Shown piece after piece: positions 17,632 to 28,334 of a stretch of DNA of 64,000 bases. This DNA comes from Anaerolineae bacterium (GTDB lineage Bacteria > Chloroflexota > Anaerolineae > Aggregatilineales > Phototrophicaceae): contig JAVQVU010000007.1 of the NCBI GenBank assembly GCA_033579375.1, positions 63,118-127,117 on the forward strand. Reading direction: 5' to 3'. Position numbers and translations under genes: made by a program. Each line of letters starts with the position of its first letter. Position 1 is the stretch's first letter. The notes beneath the pieces are model-generated. The model made no database searches, had not been told where the DNA came from, and saw nothing but the letters and a program-made list of their open reading frames with translations.

Positions 17632-19854
17632 CTAGACGACGCCCAAACCTTGACGACGCAAGGCTTCGACCACCTTGTCAGGGGTGAAGGGTTGGCTGGT
17701 CAGCCAGATGCCTGTCGCGTCGTGGACGGCCGCTGCCAACGCCGGCGTGAAGGGTAGCATGGGCATCTCAGCCATGCCGCGCGCTCCCCAGGGGCCAATT
17801 GGATCAGGATACTCTAAGATGACGCTGCGCACTTCCAGTGGCATATCCAATACCGTCGGGATGAGGTAAGTAGACAGGTAGGGATTCAGCACCCGTCCCT
17901 CTTTGACGACCAGGCGCTCCATCAGAGCGTAGCCTAGCGCCTGGGCCACCGCGCCTTCGATCTGGCCGCGCACTTGCTGTGGATTGATAGCTTTGCCCAC
18001 GTCGTTCACAGCTACCACGCGCAGCACTTGGATGAGGCCCGTCTCCAAGTCAACTTCCACCTCAACGGCCTGCGCCGCATAACCGTAGGCGAAGTTAGGT
18101 TCGCTGCGTCCAGTCATCGGATCATAAGGCGTGGTCTTGGGCGGACGATAGGTGAATTCGGCTTTGGCCGGGCGTTCTTCGTTGTGCCAGGCTTGCAGAG
18201 CTAGTTCAACAGCGCCGCGTATGGCGTTGCCCGCCATGAAGGTCAGGCGCGAAGCTGAGGCGCTGCCCGACGAACCCGTCTCAGCGCTATCAGAAGCGAT
18301 CAAGCGCACGCGCTCCATCGGCACGCCAACAGCTTCGGCTGCCATCTGCACAAAGACCGTGTGCGCGCCCTGGCCGACGTCGGCGCCACCTTGGCGCACA
18401 ATCACCTCTTCAATCTCGCGACCGCCGCGCAGCTCCACGCCAGCCCAACAGCGTTCCGGGAAGCCAAAGCTGTAACCCACGTTCTTGAAGCCAACAGCCA
18501 TGCCGATTCCGCGTCGTCTGTTGGCTTCCTTAGGCTGAGTCGGGCTAGGTTTGCGCCAAGTCTCACCTTCTTGCACCCAGCCCGCTTCGCGCGCGCAGGC
18601 TTCAATGACCTGTGGTACGCTTACGCCGACAGGGAGGGGTGTGCCAGTGGACAGAATGCTGCCCTCGCGGAAGCAATTCTTCAGACGCAGGGTGACCGAG
18701 TCTATGTCTAGAGCTAAGGCCAGGCGTTCAATCATGCCCTCGGCCGCAAACAGAGCTTGCGGCGCACCAAAGCCGCGAAACGCGCCTGTGGGGATGTTGT
18801 TGGTGTAGACAGCATAGGTGTCTACGTAGATGTTGTCTACGTCGTATGCGCCGCTCACGGTCAGGTTGGCGTTGCCCAGCACCTTGTTGGAGGTGTAGTT
18901 GTAGCCGCCAGCATCGCCAATTACGCGCGCCTGGATGGCGACGATTCGGCCATCGCGCATAGCGCCCCACCTGGCGCGCACGCTGATGGGGTGGCGCTTG
19001 TGGTGATAGAGGATAGATTCTTCGCGCGACCAGACAATCTTCACCGGACGTTGCAGTTTCCAGGCCGCCAAAGCCAGCACAATCTGCACCGACATATCTT
19101 CGCGCCCCCCGAACGCACCGCCAATCGCAGGATAAACCACACGCACCTGTTCGGGTGGCAAATTCAGCGCATGATAGATTTGTTCCTGGTCTTCATGCGT
19201 CCACTGGCCAGCCACCAGCACCGTCACCCGCCCTTGCTCGTCGATATAGCCCAGACCCGCTTCTGGCTGCAAATAGGCGTGTTCCTGCCAACTTGTGTGA
19301 AATTCATCTTCGACGATCACGTCCGCCTGGGCAAAGGCCGCTTCAACATCGCCCTTGCGAATGCGGTAGTGGGCGACGATGTTGTTGGGCGTATCAGGAT
19401 GAAGCTGAGGCGCGCCATCCTGCATAGCCTCCTCAGGATCGAAGACCGCAGGCAAGTCTTCATAATCAACGCGCACCAGCCCCACCGCCTGAGCAGCGAT
19501 GGCTTCCGTCTGGGCTACCACGACGGCCACTACATCCATGTAACAGCGCACAATATCCGTGCCGAGTTTGTCACCGCCCGGCCCGCAGATGACGGGTTGA
19601 TCCTTGATGACTAGGCCGTATTCGTTGACAGGAACATCTAGAGAGGTGAAGACAGCCACCACCCCAGGCAGAGCAAGGGCTGCGCTGACGTCCACGCCAC
19701 GCACGCGGGCATGGGCGCGCTCGCTCCATTTCAGCTTCATCCAAAGCTGGCCTTCGATGTTCACATCGCTGGGATAGGGCGTCTCGCCCGTCACTTTGCC
19801 CAGGGCGTCCAAACGCTTGACGGATTGGCCAATGACGAGGTGTTTATCAGCCAT
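17632..19854 (-). CDS. xanthine dehydrogenase family molybdopterin-binding subunit
   Basis: 740 aa. It has an a/b-hammerhead N-terminus (VKRLDALGKVTGETPYPSD), AIGGAFGGRED, FRGFGAPQ and a C-terminal dimerisation domain. Confidence 0.9.
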   Translation of the reverse strand: MADKHLVIGQSVKRLDALGKVTGETPYPSDVNIEGQLWMKLKWSERAHARVRGVDVSAALALPGVVAVFTSLDVPVNEYGLVIKDQPVICGPGGDKLGTDIVRCYMDVVAVVVAQTEAIAAQAVGLVRVDYEDLPAVFDPEEAMQDGAPQLHPDTPNNIVAHYRIRKGDVEAAFAQADVIVEDEFHTSWQEHAYLQPEAGLGYIDEQGRVTVLVAGQWTHEDQEQIYHALNLPPEQVRVVYPAIGGAFGGREDMSVQIVLALAAWKLQRPVKIVWSREESILYHHKRHPISVRARWGAMRDGRIVAIQARVIGDAGGYNYTSNKVLGNANLTVSGAYDVDNIYVDTYAVYTNNIPTGAFRGFGAPQALFAAEGMIERLALALDIDSVTLRLKNCFREGSILSTGTPLPVGVSVPQVIEACAREAGWVQEGETWRKPSPTQPKEANRRRGIGMAVGFKNVGYSFGFPERCWAGVELRGGREIEEVIVRQGGADVGQGAHTVFVQMAAEAVGVPMERVRLIASDSAETGSSGSASASRLTFMAGNAIRGAVELALQAWHNEERPAKAEFTYRPPKTTPYDPMTGRSEPNFAYGYAAQAVEVEVDLETGLIQVLRVVAVNDVGKAINPQQVRGQIEGAVAQALGYALMERLVVKEGRVLNPYLSTYLIPTVLDMPLEVRSVILEYPDPIGPWGARGMAEMPMLPFTPALAAAVHDATGIWLTSQPFTPDKVVEALRRQGLGVV

Positions 19855-19881
19855 AAAACGTACTCCGTGCCAGCGGCAGAC

Positions 19882-20283
19882 TCATCGCCCTCCGCCTTCT
19901 TTGTTGCGAGCGCGCATTTTAGCCTGCATTTCTTTCTTGCGGCGCTTGGCAGCTTCCATCTCCTTTTGGCGTTCGCGCTTCTCGCGATCTAGGTCACGCT
20001 CAGTGACGCCCTTGGGCATGCGCGGTTGGAAGGCTGCGTAGGCCATAGACAGCACCATAATGAAGATGAGGAAGATAGCGCCTGCGACGACGAAGCGCAC
20101 CTCTGGCTGACTAGGGAAGCCGCTGATACGCAGCCTCAGCTCGCGGAAGGCCGGCTCGCTCAGGAAATATGAGGCTGCGCCGACCACCAGGACGATGATG
20201 AAGCCTAGAGCGTACAGGAAAGGCTGCCATCTACTTCTGGGTCTGGCGGCTTTTTTCGCTGAATATTCGTCTTCAAAACTCAT
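19882..20283 (-). CDS. small two-TM membrane protein with a Lys/Arg/Glu-rich tail (unknown function)
   Basis: 133 aa. TM segments FLYALGFIIVLVVGAASYFL and VVAGAIFLIFIMVLSMAYAAF. The tail is highly charged (DREKRERQKEMEAAKRRKKEMQAKMRARNKE). ATGA overlap with the upstream FAD/FeS gene. Confidence 0.5.
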   Translation of the reverse strand: MSFEDEYSAKKAARPRSRWQPFLYALGFIIVLVVGAASYFLSEPAFRELRLRISGFPSQPEVRFVVAGAIFLIFIMVLSMAYAAFQPRMPKGVTERDLDREKRERQKEMEAAKRRKKEMQAKMRARNKEGGGR

Positions 20284-21719
20284 GATGATGTCTCCTTCGG
20301 TTGAGCCACTTTGCGACGGCTCGCTTCGATGAACGCCTGGATGATATTATAATATCCTGTGCAGCGGCACAAATTCCCACTCATGCTTTGCTGGATTTGC
20401 TCTTGGCTGGGCTGAGGTATCTCCTCCAGCAACTTTGCGCCACTCATCAAGAAGCCTGGCGTGCAGAAGCCGCACTGTACAGCGTCTGCCTGTACAAAAG
20501 CCGCTTGAATGGGGTGCAGCTCCTCGCCCTTCAGACCTTCCACTGTGATGATGTGCGCTCCATGCGCGCGCGGCGCCGCCACCATGCAGCTCATGACCGC
20601 CGCGCCATCCAAGAAGACAGTACAAGCCCCGCACTCGCCTTCGGCGCAACCCTCTTTCGTACCAGGCAGGCCCACATCATCGCGCAGCCAGTGCAGCAGC
20701 GTCTTGTGCTGGCCTGTCGCTATGCGCACCGCCTGGCCGTTGATCGTCGCCTCAATCGGCGTTTCGGCATCGTGCTGCTGAGCCGTCGCCAGCGCTTGGC
20801 TGTTCACGCGAGCCTGGTGTTCACCCCAGAGCATGGGCGGGTTGTGCGGGTAAGACTCAGCTTCACGGCCCTCGGCCAGCAGGCGAAGCGCACGCGCCAC
20901 CAGCACCTTGACCATCTCGGTGCGATAGGCTGCCGTGCTGCGCACGTCATCGATGGGGCTTGGGGCAGCGCCTGCTAGGCGCGCCACTTCGCGGATGGTG
21001 GTGTCATCCAACGTGCGGCCTATCAAAGCCGACTCGGCTACCGCCGCGCGGATGATCGTTGGTGCGACGCTGCCCAAAGCAATGGCAGCGCGCGTCACCG
21101 TCGGCCCATCGAATGCCAACACGACGGCGCAGTTTACGACGCTGATGGCTTGCGCGCGGCGCAAACCCAGCTTGAGGAAGACACCACGTTCATGAGGCTG
21201 GAGGGCAGCAAATTGGACAGAGGTCAGCACTTCGTTGGGCTGCATGACTGTGCGCCGCAGGCCTATGTAGAAGTCCTTCAATTCAACGGTGCGCTCGCCC
21301 TCGGTGCTAGCCAGGGTCACGCTGGCGGAGAGGGCCATCAGCGGCGTGATGGTGTCGTTGGCTGCCGAGCCTGTGATGAGGTTGCCGGCCACCGTCGCGC
21401 GATTGCGAATCTGAGGCGCGCCTACTTCCCAACTAGCCTGGGCTAGGGGCAATGCCCGCTGGCGAATCAGATCGCTGGCGACGACGTGGTTGTGATTGAC
21501 CAGCGCCCCCAGGCGAATTTCATCGCCATGCTGGCTGATAGCGTCCAGGCCAGGCACGCGCGTAATGTCGATCAAGGCTTTGACGTCGGGACGCTTGCCT
21601 TGTTCCAGCTCCAACAGCAAATCGGTGCCGCCGGCGATGATGCGCGCCTGCGCGCCATACATGCTCAACAATTCTAACGCTTCAACCAAGTTGCTTACGC
21701 TGTGATACTTCTCCCACAT
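20280..21719 (-). CDS. fused FAD-binding (CoxM/XdhB-like) and [2Fe-2S] (CoxS/XdhA-like) subunit of a molybdenum hydroxylase
   Basis: The N-terminal FAD domain has IIAGGTDLLLEL and RNRATVAGNL. The C-terminal part has CAEGECGACTV, CGFCTPG and NLCRCTGY. Confidence 0.88.
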   Translation of the reverse strand: MWEKYHSVSNLVEALELLSMYGAQARIIAGGTDLLLELEQGKRPDVKALIDITRVPGLDAISQHGDEIRLGALVNHNHVVASDLIRQRALPLAQASWEVGAPQIRNRATVAGNLITGSAANDTITPLMALSASVTLASTEGERTVELKDFYIGLRRTVMQPNEVLTSVQFAALQPHERGVFLKLGLRRAQAISVVNCAVVLAFDGPTVTRAAIALGSVAPTIIRAAVAESALIGRTLDDTTIREVARLAGAAPSPIDDVRSTAAYRTEMVKVLVARALRLLAEGREAESYPHNPPMLWGEHQARVNSQALATAQQHDAETPIEATINGQAVRIATGQHKTLLHWLRDDVGLPGTKEGCAEGECGACTVFLDGAAVMSCMVAAPRAHGAHIITVEGLKGEELHPIQAAFVQADAVQCGFCTPGFLMSGAKLLEEIPQPSQEQIQQSMSGNLCRCTGYYNIIQAFIEASRRKVAQPKETSS

Positions 21720-21731
21720 GGCCTGCCATCT

Positions 21732-22355
21732 CTACTTCAACGGTTCAATATCTATGACGGTATACGGGTTGACGTTGACGATTCGCGTCTGGTGATAGTC
21801 CGTCTGCACGACCTGTCGCCGATCCCAGGTGTGGACGTGACCATGCACCATGTAGCGCGGATGATACCACTCCATGAAGCGCAGGAATGACTCGAAGCCA
21901 TTGTGCGGATAATCTGCTGCGTCGTGGATGCCCTTCGGCGGGGCATGGGTCACGAATACATCGACGCCTGCGCCGCGCCGCCAGCGATTATAGCGCAGAC
22001 GTGGCGCTAACTTCAGAACGTTCACGCGCATTTCTGCAGGCGTGTATTGAATTGTACCGCGATTATAGCGTATTGAGCCTTCCAGGCCCACGAACGACAA
22101 GCCCATGTACTCAAAATAGTTCATGTGCAGATTAATCCCGCCTGGTGGTTCTTGCTCGTACATCTCGTCGTGGTTGCCGCGCACATACAGCAACGGCACA
22201 CTGAGGATAGTTGAGATGAAGTCCAGGTAAGCCGCCGGCATGTCGCCACAGCTGACGACGACGTCGACGTCGGCGTGGCGCCTGCGCAGATTGGCGGCAT
22301 TCTCTAATTGGGGCATGACCGTATCGCTCACGAATAGAATCTTAGCCATGCCCAC
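21732..22355 (-). CDS. metallophosphoesterase
   Basis: Motifs ILFVSD, CGDM, RGNHDE, VTHAPP and GHVH (calcineurin-like phosphoesterase pattern). Confidence 0.75.
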   Translation of the reverse strand: MGMAKILFVSDTVMPQLENAANLRRRHADVDVVVSCGDMPAAYLDFISTILSVPLLYVRGNHDEMYEQEPPGGINLHMNYFEYMGLSFVGLEGSIRYNRGTIQYTPAEMRVNVLKLAPRLRYNRWRRGAGVDVFVTHAPPKGIHDAADYPHNGFESFLRFMEWYHPRYMVHGHVHTWDRRQVVQTDYHQTRIVNVNPYTVIDIEPLK

Positions 22356-22361
22356 GCACTT

Positions 22362-23174
22362 TCAAGCGTCTAGCCAGCGCATGGGAGCGCCACTCCCCCC
22401 ACGCCGCACCATGACAATCTCAGCCAAAATGCTCAGGGCAATTTCGCGCGGCGACTCGGCCTCCAACTCCAAGCCGATTGGGGCATGCACGCGCCTGATT
22501 TGCTCCTCGCTCATGCCCACCTCGCGTAGGGCTTTCACCGTCAAGGCCCAGCGGCGCTTGCTGCCGATCAGGCCCACGTAGCGCGCCGACGTGCTAGCCA
22601 GAGCAGGCAAAAGCTGCACATCGACAGGCAGACCGCGCGTCAGGCAGGCGATGTAGGTGTTGCTCGTAATCGTCGTATGCTGTGGAACTTCGTGCGGCTT
22701 GCAGATGACGTAGCCATCTAGGCCAGGCGCATAGCCTGGATTGGCGAATTCGGGCCGATCATCGCATAGCACTACGCGAAAGCCTAGCCATTTGCCCAGT
22801 TCGGCAACGGCCTTGCCAGTGTGTCCCCCACCAATCACCAGCAACGTGGGGGCAACCTCCAACGGCTCGATGAAGATGCGGGCCGTGCCGCCGCAAACGC
22901 CGGGGTCGCCGTCTTCCAGATTATTCAGAGTGTAAGTCTCAAGGCGAGCTTGGCCATCCACCAGCGCTGCCAGCGCCGCCTGGATGACGCGCGCTTCCAT
23001 TGAGCCACCACCTACTGTGCCGACGATACGGCCATCGGCGTAGACCAGCATTTTGCTGCCCACGTGGCGCGGCATACTCCCCTGAGTCTCGATCACTGTC
23101 GCCAAAGCAGCGCTCTGACCACGCTGGTGGACTTCCAGCAGCGCGGCGTAGACAGCTTCATGGTCATCGGCCAA
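22362..23174 (-). CDS. xdhC: XdhC/CoxI-family molybdenum hydroxylase maturation protein
   Basis: N-terminal block ALATVIETQGSMPRHVGSKMLV...GTVGGG, plus the Rossmann-like segment LLVIGGGHTGKAV. Confidence 0.85.
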   Translation of the reverse strand: MADDHEAVYAALLEVHQRGQSAALATVIETQGSMPRHVGSKMLVYADGRIVGTVGGGSMEARVIQAALAALVDGQARLETYTLNNLEDGDPGVCGGTARIFIEPLEVAPTLLVIGGGHTGKAVAELGKWLGFRVVLCDDRPEFANPGYAPGLDGYVICKPHEVPQHTTITSNTYIACLTRGLPVDVQLLPALASTSARYVGLIGSKRRWALTVKALREVGMSEEQIRRVHAPIGLELEAESPREIALSILAEIVMVRRGGSGAPMRWLDA

Positions 23175-25629
23175 TGCGAACCTCTCCTAAGAACAAGCGC
23201 CCGTCTTCAGAAGTGGCTAAAGTATGGCTGTTAGCTATGAGTCTTTTATGAGAACGCGCATCGTAGAAACCGATAGCCAGGCGGTACAGGCCAGGTGGCA
23301 ACGAGTCGATGTCTAGCTCGGTCACCTCTGACCAGGCCGAGGGAAGAAGGTTACCCAGGGCCGCTCCACCCTGTAAATAGCCATCCCATTGAACAGGCGG
23401 CGGCTTATCCTGAGCAGCAGACGGGTAGAGATGAATGAAGCCGCGCACATCGCCGTGTGCGTTACCATTCGACCACCAATCCAGCGACACTTGCAAGCCG
23501 TCTGCCAGACGTTGGCTAGCCCAGCCTCGCAGGACGAGCGCGCCGTCTTGAAAGCTGGCTAGCTCTGCGGAGGCGCGTGGCAGCGGCGCGAGCGGACTAC
23601 CGTCCTCTGTCTGGATGAGCCAATGCCAGCCTGCTTCGTAGCGCGCCCCACCCAAGCCGACCTCCAAGCGCTCCGTCACTCTGTCAGCAGGGATGAGGGT
23701 GGTCAACTCTAGCCATTGGCCGCCTATGCCAGACAGAATGCGCGTCTCCAGCGCTTCACCGTTGACTTGTATCAACAGATCGCCAGGCGCGTCGGCGTGC
23801 AGGCGCGTCACTAGGGCTGCTTCTTGGCCTGGCCTAGCCTGCATGATGAACGTCTCACCGTTCACAGGACGCACGCCATCCAGCAAAGGACGATTGTTCA
23901 GCGGCAGTTGGCGCGGCAGAGTGAGAAAGCCAGCGCTGCCATCGACGCGCCGCCATTGGTAGCCGTGAGCCTGCTCGTCACGCCAATCTGCTACGTTCAG
24001 GCTATCTACGATTCGCGCCTGCTCGCTCAGCCAGCGCAAGGCCGCGCGCGGCTCATGCCTGTCTTGCGCCGCTAGCGCCGACCAGTCAGGCCGATAGATG
24101 GCCTGTCGCGGGCCAGCCAACGCCACGTTGTAAACAGGCAAAGCTTGGCCTACGTCAAAGACTGCCAGTGGCTCAGCGTACAAAGCCGTATTGGCCAGCA
24201 GGCCCAAGCCGTAGCCATGCCCCTGCCCATAGCTGGCGATGAAGTTGGGCTGTTCGCGCAGCAGCAGTTCCGCCACGCTGCCCACACCATTGCGCCAGTA
24301 CTGGGCCGCTTGTGGCGTGGTCAGGCCCACCATGTCCAGAGTCGTCCGTCCGCCCAGGTAGCGAATCAGCCCTACGTCGTGGACGGCAACGACGCTATCC
24401 TCTGGTGTATTCTCAGCGACCCAACGAGCCATCGCGTAGGGCTGGGCGCGCACATAAGCCACGTTGGCAGCGTAGAAGACCAGGTACTGGCTCGTCAGCA
24501 GCAGGCAAGCTACCAGGCTGATTGCAGCGTACAAACGGGCGGCGTGACGGCCCACGCGCAGGGCATAACGCGGCACATCAGCCAGAGCGAAGGCTACTAG
24601 CGGTACGAACAGGGCCACCAGCGGCATTTGATAGCGCTTGAAGTGCCAAAAAGCGTTATCCAGCGTGGCCACCGCTCCGCTGAGCAGCAGCGCCCAAACT
24701 AGCACCAACAGCGCCACCGGCCGACCCTGTGACCGCGTCCACAAGCTGCCCCAACCTACCAGGGCCACCCCCAACAGCAACGGCGGCAGCTGACCGCCGT
24801 CGCGGCCTTCGCCGCTCAGGAACTCTGCCCAAGTGCGCAGGAAATTCTCAGCGATTCGACTGGCTATGTCGAGCGGATCGGCGTAGGGGCTGGCCAAAAT
24901 AGACTTAGCTTGGTTGCCACTGGCCACCCAAGAACCTGTCAAAGCTGTATTCACCAGAGGCTGGAGAGCCAGCGCTGCCAAAGGCAGCAGAGCCAAGCTC
25001 TGGGCGCGCCAGCCTACCCCGCGCAAGCGCAGCAGCAGGGCTATCCCCGCTGAAGCCGCCAAAAAACCGCCTTCAGGCCGCATGAGCGCCAACAGCACGC
25101 CAAACAGGGCGAAAGAGGCGACGCGCTCCTGAGCATAGGCCCACAGCGTCCACAGGGTCAGGGCCATCACCAGGGTCGTCTCCATGCCACTGAAGGCGTG
25201 CCAGCTCGTCGCGCCCAGCAGCACAAACAGGAAGGGAGCAACGCTCTGCACCCAAGCAGGCGCGCCCCACCACAGCGCTAAGCAGCGCACCACCCAAGCT
25301 GAAGCCAGCAGTCCACCAACTCCAACGAGTATGGCCCACAGTCCCAGGCTGAGGCCTTGCCAACCCAGCGTATGACCCAGAGCCAGCAGCAACGGATACA
25401 AGAAGCTGGTCGCGCCACTGGTGGGAGGCTGTCCAGGATTGTAAACGTTGAACTGGCCCAGGGCCGCCTGGCGCGCATACTGGAGATGAATGTAGGCGTC
25501 GTCCAGAGGCAGCAAGCCCTGGCCATCGCCTGCCGACACATACAGGACGGCCAGCAGACCTGTTAAGCTGCACAGCCCCGCCCAGGTCAGCAATGCCGTA
25601 CAGCGCACGGACGGCGTCTGCGTCGTCAA
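23164..25629 (-). CDS. large polytopic membrane protein, GT-C-type glycosyltransferase-like, with a roughly 400-aa extracytoplasmic C-terminal domain
   Basis: More than 10 predicted TM helices in the N-terminal half. An acidic first-loop motif LPLDDAYIHLQYA is present. The family assignment is tentative. The gene overlaps the xdhC start by 11 nt. Confidence 0.5.
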   Translation of the reverse strand: MTTQTPSVRCTALLTWAGLCSLTGLLAVLYVSAGDGQGLLPLDDAYIHLQYARQAALGQFNVYNPGQPPTSGATSFLYPLLLALGHTLGWQGLSLGLWAILVGVGGLLASAWVVRCLALWWGAPAWVQSVAPFLFVLLGATSWHAFSGMETTLVMALTLWTLWAYAQERVASFALFGVLLALMRPEGGFLAASAGIALLLRLRGVGWRAQSLALLPLAALALQPLVNTALTGSWVASGNQAKSILASPYADPLDIASRIAENFLRTWAEFLSGEGRDGGQLPPLLLGVALVGWGSLWTRSQGRPVALLVLVWALLLSGAVATLDNAFWHFKRYQMPLVALFVPLVAFALADVPRYALRVGRHAARLYAAISLVACLLLTSQYLVFYAANVAYVRAQPYAMARWVAENTPEDSVVAVHDVGLIRYLGGRTTLDMVGLTTPQAAQYWRNGVGSVAELLLREQPNFIASYGQGHGYGLGLLANTALYAEPLAVFDVGQALPVYNVALAGPRQAIYRPDWSALAAQDRHEPRAALRWLSEQARIVDSLNVADWRDEQAHGYQWRRVDGSAGFLTLPRQLPLNNRPLLDGVRPVNGETFIMQARPGQEAALVTRLHADAPGDLLIQVNGEALETRILSGIGGQWLELTTLIPADRVTERLEVGLGGARYEAGWHWLIQTEDGSPLAPLPRASAELASFQDGALVLRGWASQRLADGLQVSLDWWSNGNAHGDVRGFIHLYPSAAQDKPPPVQWDGYLQGGAALGNLLPSAWSEVTELDIDSLPPGLYRLAIGFYDARSHKRLIANSHTLATSEDGRLFLGEVRIGR

Positions 25630-25668
25630 GCCTGCCCTCCTGCTCTCAAGTTGGGAAGACCAGGCCTC

Positions 25669-26673
25669 CTAGTTATAGCCATTGGCGAAAGTGTCGATCA
25701 TCAACTTCACGTCTGGCCCTAGCGGATAGAGAATGGGGCAGGTAGCGCCGCTGGCCACGTATTCGCGCACTTTGCGCTTGACCTCGTCGGGCGTGCCGCT
25801 GGCCGTAATCATCTGCACCACGTCATCTGGCACGAGTTCCATCGCGCGCAAAATTTGCTCTTCGGTAGCAGGCCAAGTTAGCACGCGGCCGATTTCGTCT
25901 AGTAGCTCTTGGCTCACGCCGCTGGCTTTCATGATGTGCGGCTGCTGGCCCAGATATTGCGTCACCAGTTTGCGCGCCCCGTCCAGCGCTTTCTTGCGGT
26001 CATTGTCCACCGAGCAGACGACGAGCTGCGGACGGTCAATCTGGTCAATGGTCTTGCCCACCTTCTTCGCGCCTTCCTCAAGCTGCGACACAGCAGCCTC
26101 GTTGTACTTGGGCGAGACTAGGTAGTTCAGCACCGCACCGTCGGCAATTTCGCCCGTCAGCGTCATCATCTGCGGGCCGGTCGCACCAATGTAGATGGGG
26201 ACGTTGCGCGGCGTCTTGCGTCCATGCACCACGTCCAGCTCAACATCATCTAAATGGACGAACTGCCCGTGAAAGGTGACGCGCTCACGGGCTAGCAGAC
26301 GGCGCGTCACCTCCACGACTTCGCGCATGGCCGTGAGAGGTTTATCGCGCTTGATGCCTACTTTCGCCGCCAACGGATCCCACCAAGCGCCAATCCCCAA
26401 GATGATCCGATCCTCTGCCAGGTCATCGAGCGTGAGGAAGGTGGCTGCAATCACCGCCGCGTTGCGCGTCCAGTTGTTGATGACGCCAGAGCCAATTTTA
26501 ATGCGCGTCGTGGTAGCCGCAAACGCCGCCATCGGCACGATAGCGTCGCGCACCAGGCGACTCTCGGCCTGCCAGACGGCTTCAAAGTTGTTGGCTTCGG
26601 CGTACTGCACGTACTCAATGGCATCGCGCAGAGGGTGAGCGTCCTGTAAATAGAGAGCCACGCGGTCGGTCAT
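25669..26673 (-). CDS. LLM-class (luciferase-like) F420-dependent oxidoreductase
   Basis: Luciferase-like TIM-barrel pattern ([11 protein letters not shown]..., [21 protein letters not shown]). It is adjacent to the F420 genes. The ATG at 26673 has GGAG 8 nt upstream; TTG at 26703 is the alternative start. Confidence 0.8.
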   Translation of the reverse strand: MTDRVALYLQDAHPLRDAIEYVQYAEANNFEAVWQAESRLVRDAIVPMAAFAATTTRIKIGSGVINNWTRNAAVIAATFLTLDDLAEDRIILGIGAWWDPLAAKVGIKRDKPLTAMREVVEVTRRLLARERVTFHGQFVHLDDVELDVVHGRKTPRNVPIYIGATGPQMMTLTGEIADGAVLNYLVSPKYNEAAVSQLEEGAKKVGKTIDQIDRPQLVVCSVDNDRKKALDGARKLVTQYLGQQPHIMKASGVSQELLDEIGRVLTWPATEEQILRAMELVPDDVVQMITASGTPDEVKRKVREYVASGATCPILYPLGPDVKLMIDTFANGYN

Positions 26674-26734
26674 GAACATTACTCCGTTCCAGATATTGGT
26701 CAAACACAGACGAAAGTGCGCCCGATTGTAACGC

Positions 26735-27379
26735 TCAAATCAAATCAGGCAAAAAAGGCGTGAGGCTGCTGTATTGGCCGCTTGTGACCATCTGATTGTA
26801 GCGCCCCAAGTCCTGCGGTACGTCAACGTCCAGGGCAATCGTCGGCGACTCGTAAACTTTGACGTAAGCGCGCGCCGCCAGTGCAGCCTCCATGTGCTTG
26901 CGAAAGCTACCATCACCATAGGCATAATCAAACAGACCAGGCGGGCGCACCAACATAGCGTTCGTCCCGTCCTGTTCTGGATCAGTGGCGATCACCACCG
27001 AGACTGCGCCCAGGGCCATCTCGATCATCTTGAAGATGTCGTCTTCAGTCACAAATGGCAAATCCGCCGGCAGGATCAGCACAGCGCTGCCGCGCCAGGC
27101 GCGCACCAATTCTGTCGCGCGGCGCAGGGCCAGGTTGAGGTCAGAGTTAGAACCCTCCTGAATAGTGCGCGCGCCCATCTCACGGGCTATCGCCAGGGCT
27201 TTTGTGTCGCGACTGATGACGACTGTGCCAGCCAATTGCTTGACGTTCGTCACCACACCCAGCACATGCCGATAGATGAGCGTCGCGAATTCGTAGCGCT
27301 GGTTGGCCGACAAGACGCTGGCCAGACGGCTCTTAGCTCGATTCAAAGGTTTCACAGGAATAATGGCCCAAATGCTCAT
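26735..27379 (-). CDS. cofC: 2-phospho-L-lactate / phosphoenolpyruvate guanylyltransferase
   Basis: Typical N-terminus [17 protein letters not shown]. The size is about 214 aa. It is adjacent to cofD. Confidence 0.8.
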   Translation of the reverse strand: MSIWAIIPVKPLNRAKSRLASVLSANQRYEFATLIYRHVLGVVTNVKQLAGTVVISRDTKALAIAREMGARTIQEGSNSDLNLALRRATELVRAWRGSAVLILPADLPFVTEDDIFKMIEMALGAVSVVIATDPEQDGTNAMLVRPPGLFDYAYGDGSFRKHMEAALAARAYVKVYESPTIALDVDVPQDLGRYNQMVTSGQYSSLTPFLPDLI

Positions 27380-27392
27380 AAGTATGTCTTCC

Positions 27393-28334
27393 TCACCACT
27401 CAGCCAACCAGCTCAGGATATCTTGCGCCAGCCGCACTTTGGCATTGTTATCTACCATCATTGTATCAAAGGCGGCGCTGCGCTTGTCATGAGGTTGAAC
27501 TTGGGCATCGCGCAGATCATAGACGAAGCCGTTAATCAACGCGCCGTAGTAGTCGCGCACTGCTTGCGGACTCGGCTCAAGGCCCAGTTCGCGCATGAGC
27601 TTGGCCGTCGGGCCTTTGATAGCCTGGCCCTGGACGATGGGCGTCACTGCCACGCGCGGCAGTTCGCGGGCCAGCAGCGCTTGGCGGAAAGCCGTCATGT
27701 GCAGCATAGGCGCAATCGACAACCAGGGATTGGACGGCGCAATGACGACAGCACTAGCCCAAGCCAGCGCTTCCGCGACGGCCTGGCTCAGGCGAGCAGT
27801 CTCTGCGCCTTGATAGCGCAGGCTGCGCAGCGTCGGTTGCCAGCGGTAGCGCACAAAATACTCTTGGAACTCCAGCCAACCGTGTTCCACCGTCTCCACT
27901 AGCGTCGGCACGTCATCATCGCTCATGGGCATGACTTGCAGGCTAATGCCCATCTGCGCCGCCAAATGCGCCGCCACTTGGCTCAGCGTCCAACCGCGCC
28001 GCAGACGATCTGTGCGCAGCAGGTGCGTGGCAATGTCTTTGTCCCCCAGGCGAAACCAAGCGTCTTCGCCATAGGCACGCAGCGCCTCCAGCGCGGTCGT
28101 GCTGTCGTTGGCCACGCCCCAGCCCTGGCTGCGCTCCACCCGTCCTGATAGGGTGTACAGCACCGTATCCAAGTCGGGGCAAATCTTCAGACCATAGTGC
28201 CAAAAGTCATCGCCCGTGTTGACAACGATCCGCAGGCGCTCAGGAGGCAGGATAGCCTGCATACCCAGGGCTAACTTTGCCCCGCCCACCCCGCCCACCA
28301 GCAGCAGAATGTTCTGTTCGGTGTTCAGCGCCAC
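27393..28334 (-). CDS. cofD: 2-phospho-L-lactate transferase (FO to F420-0)
   Basis: LLVGGVGGAKLALG and the CofD/FbiA-length fold. Located between cofC and the nitroreductase/cofE genes. Confidence 0.88.
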   Translation of the reverse strand: MALNTEQNILLLVGGVGGAKLALGMQAILPPERLRIVVNTGDDFWHYGLKICPDLDTVLYTLSGRVERSQGWGVANDSTTALEALRAYGEDAWFRLGDKDIATHLLRTDRLRRGWTLSQVAAHLAAQMGISLQVMPMSDDDVPTLVETVEHGWLEFQEYFVRYRWQPTLRSLRYQGAETARLSQAVAEALAWASAVVIAPSNPWLSIAPMLHMTAFRQALLARELPRVAVTPIVQGQAIKGPTAKLMRELGLEPSPQAVRDYYGALINGFVYDLRDAQVQPHDKRSAAFDTMMVDNNAKVRLAQDILSWLAEW

